Source of the DNA: Lytechinus pictus
Lineage: Eukaryota
NCBI RefSeq assembly: GCF_037042905.1
Contig: NC_087252.1
Span: 22,818,001 to 22,882,000, forward strand
DNA length: 64,000 nucleotides
Reading direction: 5' to 3'
Positions 25,205-37,428 of this stretch are shown here, piece after piece (position 1 is the first letter of the stretch; the number at the start of each line of letters is the position of its first letter). Below the pieces are notes generated by a model. It had not been told where the DNA came from, did not search any database, and was given only the letters and a program-made list of their open reading frames with translations. A program made the position numbers and the translations under genes.

Positions 25205-28200
25205 AAGAAAGTTATGGCTGCTTTAAAATTGAGATCTCTAAGACTATGTAGATTTCAAATTGGCAACTGGGTAAGTCAAAAAGCCAGTTCGTAGTTCCTC
25301 TCTGCGCATGATCAGAGGAAGGTCATTGGTACTAAAGTGACATGGTGGTTTAAAATTTAATGAGATAAGCACCAACTTTGATGTCTTGATTATTCATATA
25401 TTCTTTTGCATTGTGTTTTTCATTTATATCCACAAAAACAACAACAACGCGTCCACGAACATCTGGTATTTCACAGTTTGCCAAGTACATTGTACAACAT
25501 GCTATAAAATGCATTCAAAGTAGAAATGTAACAATTCCTTCATAGAGTGTTCATTGGTGTCAGGGGCCGCGGAACGGTTTTCAAAGTGGGGGGGGGGGGG
25601 GGCTGACCATGCTAAAAATCACAATCATATGGTCATTTTTACGTTTTTGTACACGGTTTTGGAAAAAAGTGGGGGGGGGGGGGGCTGAAGCCCCCCGAGC
25701 CCCCCCCGGTTCCGCGGCCCCTGGACTGTGCTATTCTAGTCACCTGGTCTATTCCCTTTCTTCATACTGCTATGTAAGGCATGCTTACGTAATATCTTGC
25801 TTTGAAATCTGCCTATCATAATGAAAGAAATTAAAGGTCATTTGACCAAAATTGTCCATTAAGTAACTACGAACTCGTCTATTATGACAAGGGCAAGGAC
25901 AACCCATAGGCACTGAACTTATAGGTCAAACGTAGGCCTACTCATTATCAGGGATTTGCGGTTTTCTCTCAAGCATATACTCATTCCCCGGGGCAGTAAT
26001 CTAAATATATAACCCAGGTAGTATATTGTTATATGTCCTCATGAAATAAAAATATAATTTGAAGTAAAAAATTTTCAGAAAGACATTCAAGTCGTTTTAT
26101 ATATTGGAGTTCATGGACGAGTAGTCCTTGCCCCACATCACTATGACATCACATATGCGGCCAATTCTCTTTTGGTGTAGATATTATAAAAAATATCTAT
26201 GACTTTAACAAAATAATAACTTTCTTATTGTCTGTCGGATATTGTTCAAACTTTCACCTATCAACTTGTCTGATTTTTCTTTTCCATCTCATAACAAAAA
26301 ACAAGGTTTCATTTGGGTTGGATTCCCCTTAAGTGGTTTCCTCACCCTTTGCCTTCCTGTTTCGTCACCCTCCCCCTATCCTGGCCTCTTTTGCATCCAT
26401 AGGCGGAATCCCAGGGGGAACAGGGGGACGCATACCCCTACCCAAAATAGTAGTCGAGACACAATATCAAATGTCCCCCTATTAGTTTTGGTATTTTATG
26501 ATGGAAAGAAATACAACATTCAAAATCGAAATAAAACATGTATTTTGGACGAGATGACCTTACTTTTTGGGTGATAACCCTTTTTTTTCTTTTTTTTTTG
26601 CTTGTCAAATTTTCCAGCCCCTGGTCCCCCTGCCTTTGGGGAGAGATTTCCGCCCTTCTCTGCATCCACTTAAAGCAGCAGCAAGAGCACACACTCCAAA
26701 AGTATGTTAAATCGAAGGAACGAGGATTGACATAACAATAATATTAATTAAGCGCTTTTACATCGGAACGACGCGCTTAGAGACGCCGCGACGTCTCGAA
26801 GCGCTTTACAGATTACTGTGTTTACACTTGATCCGCTTTTGGTTCAGAACCAAAAGCCGATGCAGAATCGGATTTTGGTTTATCTTGCACTGCGTTTACA
26901 CGCTGTTACAGGATGTTTTTTTATGGCAATTGGACAATGATGATAAATGTGAAGCTTGTAATATCAAAGAAGATTTAATACATGCTTTTTTGTATTGTAG
27001 TTTGAATAGGCATTTCTTTTATAAGTTATTCATAATGATTAAAAATGTGTATGACGTAGACCTTTGTTTTCATGTGGATATTTTGTTGAAAAATTACAAA
27101 GAAAAGAAGATTGATGATATTATAACAATAGCACTTTGGAGTATTTATAAGATGTTAATTTTTAGAAACTTACATAGAAAAGAAGAAAGAGAAAATAAAT
27201 CATGGTTTAATTTTCTCTAAGAATTGAAATTAAGATTAGATATCAATAAGATTCTGAGGAAAAGAAGAAAGAAAGAAATGCATAATTTGCCTGTTGCTTT
27301 GGAAATGTATCTATGAGTTTTGTCTAAAAACGATGTGTATATGAAATGAATTTTTGTTGAAAATAAATGCCCCTGTTATGGGTGAAAGAGAGAAAGAAAA
27401 AAAAGTTATGCTTTAAAATTGAGATCTCTAAGACTAGGTAGATTTCAAATTGGCAACTGGGTATGACAAGGGCAAGGACAACCTATAGGCACTGAACTTA
27501 TAGGGCAAACGTAGGCCTACCTATTATCAGGGATTTGCGGTTTTCTCCCAAGTATATACTCATTCCCCGGGGCAGTAATCCAGGTAGTATATTGTTATAT
27601 GTCCTCATGAAAGAAAAATATGAAGTAAAACTTTTTTTTAAAAGACATTTAAGCCGTTTTATGTCCGGGGGGGGGGGGGGGTAGTCAAATGTATTTGGTA
27701 CACATGCGTGACCAAATTATTTCCAAACACCTCCTAAAAGATTTTTTTTTCTCTGTGTGCAAAATAACACCCTACACAAGTTTTTCGCGGGCTTTATTTA
27801 CAAATTTTGGCCCCTAAACAGGTTGTCACCAGAATATGACCCCGGGGAAAAGGCTTGGGGGAAAAAAACATACCCTGAACCCGTTTGGCTACTCTTAAAA
27901 AAAAGCTTTGGAAAAAAATACCCTAAATACGTTTGACCCCGCTATTGACCATTGACCAGTCTTTCAAAACCACCCTTTTCCTTGAAAATATGTGTTTTTT
28001 ACACCCTGAACGAGTGCACGCGCGGCCCTCGTCCAAAACTGAAAAAGAGCCCCTTTAAACGTTCTTTAGGTCACGCATGTGTACAGCAATATATTTGACT
28101 GCCCCCCCCCCGTATAGGAGTGCATGGAACAGTAGGCCTTGCCGGACCGTCCTTGCCCAACATCACTATGACATATGAGGCCAATTCTCTATGGGTGTAG

Positions 28201-28910
28201 AGATTATATAAAATATTGTGACTTTTGACAATTCAAACTTTCTTACTGTTTGTCGGATATTGTTCAAACTTTCACCTATTAACTTGTCTCATTTTTTTTT
28301 CCTCTGAAAAGGTTTTATTTGGGTAAGATTCCCCTGTAGGGGTTTTCCTTCCCCCTTGCCTTCCTTTCTCGTCACCCTTCCCCAATTCTTGCCTCTTTTG
28401 CATCCATGGGCGGAACTCCCAGGGGGGGGGGGGCAGGGGGACGCGTACCCCTCCCCAAAATAGTAGGCGAGACACAATATCAAATGTCCCCCTATTATTT
28501 TTGGTATTTTATGATGGAAAGAAATACAACATTCAAAATCGAAATAAAACATGTATTTTGGACGAGATGACTTACTTTTTGGGTGATAACCTTTTTTTTT
28601 GCTTGTCAAATTTATTTTGGTCGAAATAACCTTACATTTTGGGTGATAACCTTTTTATTAATTTTTTTTAATTATTTTATTTTTTACTTTTTTGCTTACT
28701 TGTCAAATTTTCCAGCCCCTGGTCCCCCTACTTTTGGGGAAAGATTTCCGCCCTTGTTTACATCCACTTAAAGCAACAGCAAGAGCACACACTCCAAAAG
28801 TATGTTAAATCGAAGGAACGAGGATTGACATAATAATAATATTAATTAAGCGCTTTTACGTCGGAACGACGCGCTTAGAGACGCCGCGACGTCTCGAAGC
28901 GCTTTACAGA
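25205..28910 (+). repeat. Local tandem segmental duplication (about 25205-26810 and 27405-28910)
   Basis: Same order in both copies: Kolobok-B body, MITE (26398-26658 / 28405-28756), then 'ccacttaaagca.cagcaagagcacacactcc...gcgctttacaga'. Confidence 0.85.
26915..27405 (+). mobile_element. 3' fragment of an L1/Tx1-type LINE (zf-RVT-like C-terminus)
   Basis: KCEACNIKEDLIHAFLYC (C-x2-C...H-x4-C) and 'ALWSIYK', followed by aataaa and an A-rich tail. Confidence 0.7.
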
Positions 28911-29088
28911 TATATTACCCCGGTCATTGGATCCCTGGGAAGCATTCCAACAAGACTCGGTTCCAAGACTCAACTGCTATAAGCATACTACATGTACTAC
29001 AAAGGCTACCGGGTACTCATTTTAACACCTGGCTGGAGAGTGGCAAAGTGTTGATTGTCGCCTTGACATAACATTTTGACATAATATT

Positions 29089-29119
<31 letters not shown>

Positions 29120-30792
29120 GGGGGGGGGGCATCTTTCGAGCCCCCCCCATCTGTACGCCAGAGATATTTAGGCCCATATACAAACGAGGGCTGACAACCC
29201 ATACATGACCGAAGACCGATCAAGGATTCAAGTACATATCTAGGCCCCAAAAGCAGTCCAGGATCCTCAGTCACATGAGGCCTTTCCTTGTTGTACAGCC
29301 TCCGGTGTAGTGTTTCAGTATTAAAGGAAAACCCTGTCATCGATAAAATGAGAATCGGGACCCCCCCCAAAAAAAAAAAGAAGATGATAATGAATAAATA
29401 AATGAATAAATAAATAGAATAAAAAATAAAGTATAAGAAAAAATAATTATAATGATAATGATAATTAAAAAAATAAATAAGAAAATAAATAAATGAATAA
29501 ATAAATAAATGAATTAATTAATGAATAAAAGGGTATTCAAAAATCTTTATCAGAGGGAGGAAAGACGTGGACAATGACCTGAAGATGTGACCTTCAACAT
29601 TATCGTCATTTTTTTCAACTGTGGTCCATGGTGTGATAGGACGCTTTGCTCTGATGTAAATCACCATGACCTTTGATGACTGAGACAAGAATTTACATAA
29701 TTTCATACTCGATGTGTGAGAGATTAAACCTCAAAACGCATTTCAGTATCACCGTCACTGAATTGGTAAAACGTCGTATATCAAGATTTAACATTTTTGT
29801 GAATAGGCTGAATAGCGCTGAAAACCCCCTCGATTTTATTCAAAAAAAATTTACACAATCATACTGGACATTTGTAAAGACCTATACTTTTGCGCAAGGG
29901 CGACCAAGCATCAAGGGGCGTTGCGTGTGGTCGGGGTCCCCATCTATGGGGGAACGTTTAACCCTGTGGCTTTAGGCCTACATTTAAAACGTTGGATATT
30001 TTTTGGGTATATAAGAGGCCAGGAAAGAGGGAAGAGAAGGAATATAACACGAAAACGCAAATTATGATAAACAAATAATATAGGGGGAAGCTGTTATGTA
30101 TGGGCAGTTATTGTATTAGAATACTTTTTATCTTTATCTAACTGGATACGTACTTTCAAACTTCATTTATCAGTGTATATTAAAATAAATTTCACTTTCA
30201 TTTGATGTAAGATCAGAGTCGGCCTGACCCGTGCTGACACGAGAATGGATTATTTTAAAATTATCGTCATTATTGTCAAATTTTCGATATTGATACGATC
30301 CTCGAAAAAGGGTTACCGGTCAAAATAACATTTTCATTGTCAAATTCACTTGATTCTAGTTGAGCAATCCTAGTGAAATTGATTGTTGATCATAGTGATT
30401 CATGGATATTGCCAAATTAATATGATGAACTTTAATAGTCGAATTAGACTATCCTCACCAAATTGACGCGATCCTAGTCAAACTGACAATATTGTAGTCA
30501 TATATTGACCAGATTCTAGTCAAACAACGTGACGAGGAAACTGAGACCATCGGGACAAACAAGTCACACCGCTTAAAATTGACACAGTTTCAGAGAAATA
30601 AAAATCTTCCACATGGTATATGTATGCATAATTTTTATCTTTGATCCGGTATATATTATGCAGTATTAGCTTAATTTCATTTGACTAAAGAATCGAGTCA
30701 AGTTAGAATTTCGAATGTATTGGTCAATGACTCGTGACTATATAGGTTTTATATTGTGAGTGAGGGGGCGGTTATTTCAATGTGTATTAATG

Positions 30793-30801
30793 TAGTAAAG
30801 A

Positions 30802-30837
<36 letters not shown>

Positions 30838-30859
30838 AAGTAGCAGCAGCAGCAGCAGC

Positions 30860-30890
<31 letters not shown>

Positions 30891-30962
30891 ATAGTAGTAG
30901 TAAAAGTAGTAGTAGTAGTATTAGTAGTAGTAGTAGTAGTATAGAAGTGATAGTATTAGTAG
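30793..30962. repeat. (TAG)n/(CAG)n microsatellite
   Basis: Direct reading. Confidence 0.95.
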
Positions 30963-32649
30963 TCGTGGTCGCTCTTCAATCTCTCCAGATTATACGAGCA
31001 AGTTTCTTTCGTAAGTAGGACTTATGCAAAGGAACGCGCATGTGACGTCAAATCATCCGGCGACGATTATGTGAATGAAATTATCTAAAAAAGGGTAACT
31101 AAAGAGGGAGCCAACAGAAATTTAAGATGCGACACCATAGAGGCTTTTACCCACCTCTATAGGGCCGACACACGAACAGCCCATCCGAAATTCTAATGGA
31201 ACTCTCTAACAGCAGGGACAGTGCTATACGGGGGGGGGGGGGGGCGCAGGGGAATACCGCCCCATATTATTTTTCAGTAAGTGAAAAGGTAGAAGGAAAA
31301 GGAAGGAAATGAAAAAAAAAATAAGAGAAGAGTAAAGGAAAGAGTATATCGAGTTAGAGAGGTATAGGTAGTGTCACTCCAGTAATTAAATTGAGAGAGA
31401 GAGAGAGAGAGAAAGAAAAAAACACCTAGGCGGTCACCTGGCCCCATCCACAATAAAGCCCTGAAATATATGTGAAAAAAATCACTATTTTGTAAATTTT
31501 TCAACTACTAGGATTTTTTTTACGGTAAACTTTTCATGATACGCACTGTAAGAGATCCTCGAGTACTCTTTCATATCCCAACGATGGATTAATAAAAACC
31601 CCACTAATATAATAAACACACATTCAAGAACACACTTGTCGAATCGTCGAGTTTGGGTGGTCCTTTTCAGGACCAACACTTGTCCCAGAAAGATACATGG
31701 TGTATCGTGAAACCTACTACACCATGTATACTGTTCTTCTTCGCCATGGAAACCTTCAGAAGTTATAATAAACACATATTAAAAGTTAAATACAACTACG
31801 ATTCGCTTAAAAAATTGTTTAAGTTTTTATCAACATTTGGTTAATTCACTTTCTTTCAACCCAAACCAGAGGAATACGGTAGTAATGTTCAAGCACGATG
31901 AGGGAAGAGGAAGATGAATACATAAATCAAAGACGATATGCCGGGGAAACCAAAACTAATACGCCTATTTTCTGTTCTGTTTCGAATCTGATCGTGGAGT
32001 TCCATGAGATAGATGGGCAAACAGAAAACATCTACACGTTCATATCAAGGTAAGAACATAATTTGCAACAAGTCTGTCGCTACCAACGGTTATCTAATCA
32101 AGTAAATAGTTAATCTTTGATTGAGGGATTATCTAACATTAATCGACAGAGTACTTGAGATGTTTGACTTTGAACCTTGAGATCACCAAGGAGTTTCTTG
32201 ATCTAATACGATGGTAAGGTAAAGTATGTTTCAGTCAAGAAACTCAGTGGCTTTCTATCCTTAACGGCTGCTGTAGGAATCCGGAAGATCAGGAATAGCT
32301 TCGTGCATGTAAGTGGCATCTCTATTTTACACGGTTCCTCGGATTGGATTAAAAGTCATTGGTTGGTCGCACGTATACGGCGGGCTTGTACTGAAATATT
32401 TAATACTGTATACGCGGTGTGATAGATCTCGATTTAGATTTTGATGCAATTCGTGTTAACTAGATCAATCAAAGAGCAAAGTTTTTATGTCAATGTATTT
32501 TTCGAGGCGATTTATAAGAAAAATAATTCTTATACGGAAAGATGGTTTATCAGTATTAGTCATAAAGAAAGACACAGGGCCTGAAAGATCATAAACGGGG
32601 AGGCTCAGAATTTTGTCAATTTCTTTTAAAGACGTTAAATTGTAACATG

Positions 32650-34526
32650 TATTGTTTTTCCATTGGATCATATTTTTAACTTATTACTCTCAACGGGATG
32701 CTTTCCTGAGCTATTGAAAATAGCCAAAGTAATCCCGATTTATTAAAAAAGATGATCCTACTCAAGTTACAAATTATCGGCCTATTTCCCTCTTACCATG
32801 CATATCAAAAATGTTAGAAAGATTTGTTTACAAAAGATTGGATTCCTTTTTGTCATTTAATAAGATTATTACACCAGCCCAGTTTGGATTCAGAAAAAAA
32901 TTCTCTACCGATTTCGCAATAACCAAATTGCTGGACAAAGTTGTAAACTCACTTTCAAAAAAGAATCACACCATTGCTTTATTTATGGACCTAAGTAAAG
33001 CTTTCGATACCATTGACCATGGTATTTTACTTCATAAGTTGTATAATTACGGGATAAGGGGCATTGCTTGGTCATGGATTAAGAGTTATCTTTCCAATAG
33101 GCAACAATACGTTTTTATCAATGATGTTAAATCTCCTGTATCGTTTATCAATTGCGGCGTCCCGCCGGGTTCTATTCTGGGACCTTTGTTATTTTTAATA
33201 TACATTAATGATATAGTAAATACATCTTCCATTCTTTCTTTCATCTTATTCGCCGATGATACTAATATTTTGTTATCTCACAAGAACTTACCAGAATTAA
33301 TAAATATAATGAATTTAGAATTAAATAAAGTTTCATCATGGTTTAAATGTAATAAGTTATCTCTTAACATAAGTAAAACTCATATAATGCATTTTCAAAT
33401 CATCTCATAGAAATGAAAATTTTACACAAGATATAAAAATTGATAATGTGCCTTTATAAAAAAGAATACGTAAAATTCCTTGGTATCACAATAGACAAGC
33501 ATGTATCATGGACTCCGCACATAAGCAACGTGTCTTCCTCTGTAGCTAAAGGAATTGGAATACTATGTAGACAAAAAAAAATCTTACCAGAGAAATCTCT
33601 TGTTATGATATATAATATATTGATTTTACCATATATTCACTACTGTAACCTCATTTGGGGGAATAGCTGCAAGACAAGGCTTTATCATATACTTTTATTG
33701 CAAAAGAAAGCGGTTAGAATTTGTTCAAAATCTGCATATCTTTCACATACAGACCCTCTTTTTTATCGTCTGAAAATATTTAAGATGATATTAATACTTT
33801 ACAAATAGCACTGTTTATGTATATATATAATTGCGACATGCTTCCTCCAGTATTCACGGATTTATTTTCATATAATAACAATTTACACTCATATCCAACA
33901 AGAACATGCAATAATATTCACTTAAACAATCCCAGGACACTATTTGCACATAAAACACTAAGATATCATGGACCTGATAATTGGAAATGCATTGCCAGAT
34001 TCACTCTAGCTGACAAGATCATTTTATTCCTTTAAACGAACTATAAAAGAAATGCAATTAAACCAATACCTAACAAATTAAAAAAAGATAATCATTACCA
34101 TTGTTATCATTATTTTAATTAGACATTGACTTTTATCTAGAACAAGGATAAATTAAAATCAAACAACAAAACGTGTTATTTTCTAAAATTCCATGCTAAG
34201 GACCAAGCATCTCCCTCCCCCCCCCAGTCCCTCATGCACCTGCACGTTTAATGACAATAGATATTAATTATTTTGGCTATATTCCAGGGTTGTTACGTTT
34301 TCAAGCTTTGCTTTTGTGACGACCCTTGCAACCATCCTATTTATTGTGTAACAGAAAATACCACTTAATGATTTTCATTTATGTAAGATATGTTTGAGGA
34401 TTTATATACAAAACTATTGTTCATTATCTTGATGTCAAGTTTCAGATATGTATTTTCTTGTCCAGAATTTTGTTATGAAAAATGTTGCAAAAACCAATAA
34501 ATGAAATGAAATGAAATGAAATGAAA
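32650..34526 (+). mobile_element. 5'-truncated, decayed non-LTR retrotransposon (CR1/L2/Crack-group LINE), RT domain plus 3'UTR
   Basis: NYRPISLL, QFGFR, DLSKAFDTIDH, GVPPGSILGPLLF, FADD and KFLGI motifs over ORFs 32811-33410, 33440-33808 and 33817-34035, broken by stops/frameshifts; ends aataa(atgaa)n. Confidence 0.93.
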
Positions 34527-34959
34527 GCACAACAAAGTTTTCACTTGGGAGGGGTCGGGGATATTATCACTTTAAAAGGGAAGTATTTCACACAAAACAC
34601 GTTAGACACAATGCAAATTTAGGGCAGGGATATAGGCATGTGCCCCCCATGCAACCTTTCAGGTAGTATATATCCACATCTGCAGAGGGTTTACGTGCGT
34701 ATCGATTAACTTGATATTTTTGCATTTACGCAGTTCTTTAGTAAAATCATAAAAACGTGTTAAACCTCCAATTTATCGCGATGCCTCAACATTTCTTAAA
34801 CTCTCCCAATATTCAAGCATAGACCTAACTGATACACTGAATTTTTTTCTAATGAGGATGATAACTTAATTCATCAACATCTTCTAATAAATGCAAAAAC
34901 GGGGACAATCTTGTGAGATATTTTTTGTTAATTCTATGGGCTGTTACAGATATTAATAC

Positions 34960-35034
34960 TTAGTAATAGTAGTGTAAGTAGAAGTAGTTGCTGCAGCAGT
35001 AGAAGTAGTATAAGTAGGAGTAGAAGTAGTAGTG

Positions 35035-35071
<37 letters not shown>

Positions 35072-35154
35072 CAGCAGCAGCAGTAGTAGAAGTAGAAGTA
35101 GTAGTGGTATTAGTAGAAGTAGTAGTAGTAGTAGTAGTAATAGTAGTAGTAGTA

Positions 35155-35188
<34 letters not shown>

Positions 35189-35218
35189 AAGTAGTACTAC
35201 TACTACTACTACTACTAT

Positions 35219-35279
<61 letters not shown>

Positions 35280-35379
35280 GCTTACACTACTACTAAGTAG
35301 TAATAGTAGTGTAAGTAGAAGTAGTTGCAGCAGCAGTAGAAGTAGTAGCAGCAGCAGCAGTAGTAGTAGTAGAAGAAGA

Positions 35380-35416
<37 letters not shown>

Positions 35417-35417
35417 A

Positions 35418-35462
<45 letters not shown>

Positions 35463-35523
35463 CAGCAGCAACAGTAGTAGTAGTAGAAGTAGTAGTAGTA
35501 GTAGTTGTAGTAGCAGTAGTAGC

Positions 35524-35570
<47 letters not shown>

Positions 35571-35598
35571 AAGTAGTAGTAGTAGTAGTTGTAGTAGC

Positions 35599-35661
<63 letters not shown>

Positions 35662-35667
35662 TAGTAC

Positions 35668-35741
<74 letters not shown>

Positions 35742-35775
35742 TTAGTAGTAGTAGTAGTAAAAGGAGGAGCAGTAG

Positions 35776-35852
<77 letters not shown>

Positions 35853-35880
35853 ATAGAAGTATAAGTTATAAGTAGTAGTA
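34960..35880. repeat. Long compound (TAG)n microsatellite with an internal inverted (TAC)n block
   Basis: Direct reading; orientation switch at about 35195. Confidence 0.95.
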
Positions 35881-36524
35881 TTTTTCAAGTGAGTTGGAAG
35901 AATTTGCGTTTTCTTTCTTTGGTTAAAGTTCTCAAACTGATAAGATTACATGTTTTTATCAAACGCAAACATGATTATTAAGTACTTGAATTAATAAATG
36001 CTCGTCATCTCCTCGCTTGTGAAAGATTACAGCACAACCTACCTAGACTGGTTATGTCTGGTCGACACTTAGATTGTGAATCCATCTATTAACCTATTTG
36101 TCGATTGAAGGTCACTCAAGAAAATTTCGTAAAATCATCGATTGGGTATGTAATGATAGTGGGCTCCCGTTCAGAAATATTCCAACGAAGTATGAATGAA
36201 CAGATAAGTTACAGTAGTTAATATCTATATATATATATATATATAATTGTGATGAGCAAGGACCTTAACATTGCGTGGGTGCTTCAGTGAGTAATATATT
36301 GGCGAAGAAGCTCAAAAAGCATTGAAGCTAGAGACGTAGCCTGGATTTCTTCAAGTTTTATTAGTACAAGCTTTACATTTAGTAGGGCCTTCTTCAGGTA
36401 CCTGAAGATGTAAAAGACATAATGGCTTTACAATTACCATGCATATATTTGGATTAATTTACTAAATATAGGTATATCTTAAAAGAAAATGTTTTACATC
36501 GGTAATGTTTAATTAGGATTATCC

Positions 36525-36557
<33 letters not shown>

Positions 36558-36612
36558 CGAGGGTGTGTATATAAACCTATATATGTATACATATATAGGT
36601 TTATATTTACCC

Positions 36613-36650
<38 letters not shown>

Positions 36651-37309
36651 ACATATAAGAAGAGACTCATGAGGTAAAAAGCCGAAAGAAGGGAAAGGGG
36701 GGAGCCGGGGGGGGGGGGGGGGGGGAGAGTGATGGAGAGAAACGAGAGAGAAACTATTTCCTCATGCATTATTAATCAATATAAAAAAGGAATATTCCAT
36801 GTTTATTTATACTGATTGTGCAGTGTGCAAAGTGAAAGCAAGTGATTTATGTTCGATTTAACCTTTGTTTTGGTTTTGCACTGACAAATATCGGAAACAT
36901 TAATTATACACCATGCATGTGATATTATGGTACACACAAATACGCAGCCAACAGACATGATTACACATAGTTCGTCATTTGCGCGTGATATGAACACAAG
37001 TTTATCTGCACTTCACAAATTAGGAAAATAGTGGATCATATAAGTCATATAAATCGGGTAAAATAAATTATACTGTAAGTTGTAGAGATAGTAGAAGTCA
37101 TATATGTGGTGTTAAATCATGCTTTAATAAAGTCTGACGAGACCCCCTAAAATGTATTATCATACCACTTCATAAAAGAGCACCCGCGTCTTTTAACTAT
37201 GCCTTGATTTCGATTGTTCATTAATTTCCAGAGGCAAGCGAATTGAGAGAAAGGAATTAAACTACGCCCAGCTTCACTTTCGGACCAGTATTCATGACAA
37301 CTCGGCACC

Positions 37310-37428
37310 ATGGATGATATAGGAACCTACGCCATCGAGTGTTACAACCTGAGCAAGCATTATGGGAGAGGAAAGGGCAAATTGCAAGTATTGCAGAACC
37401 TGGAGATGAAAGTACCAAAAGGAAAGAT
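37310..37428 (+). CDS. ABCH coding exon 1 ([39 protein letters not shown])
   Basis: Kozak-like gcaccATGG with an in-frame upstream TGA; donor AT|gtaagc; candidate acceptor tttccag at 37231 implies an upstream 5'UTR exon. Confidence 0.88.

Noticed and set aside
32811..34035. Functional or domesticated reverse transcriptase (retron/DGR-like system)
   Set aside because: Ordinary 5'-truncated LINE with stops, frameshifts and a simple-repeat tail.
34953..35664. Poly-L/S/V/T ORFs (also 30756-30944 and 52519-52997)
   Set aside because: Translations of trinucleotide microsatellites.
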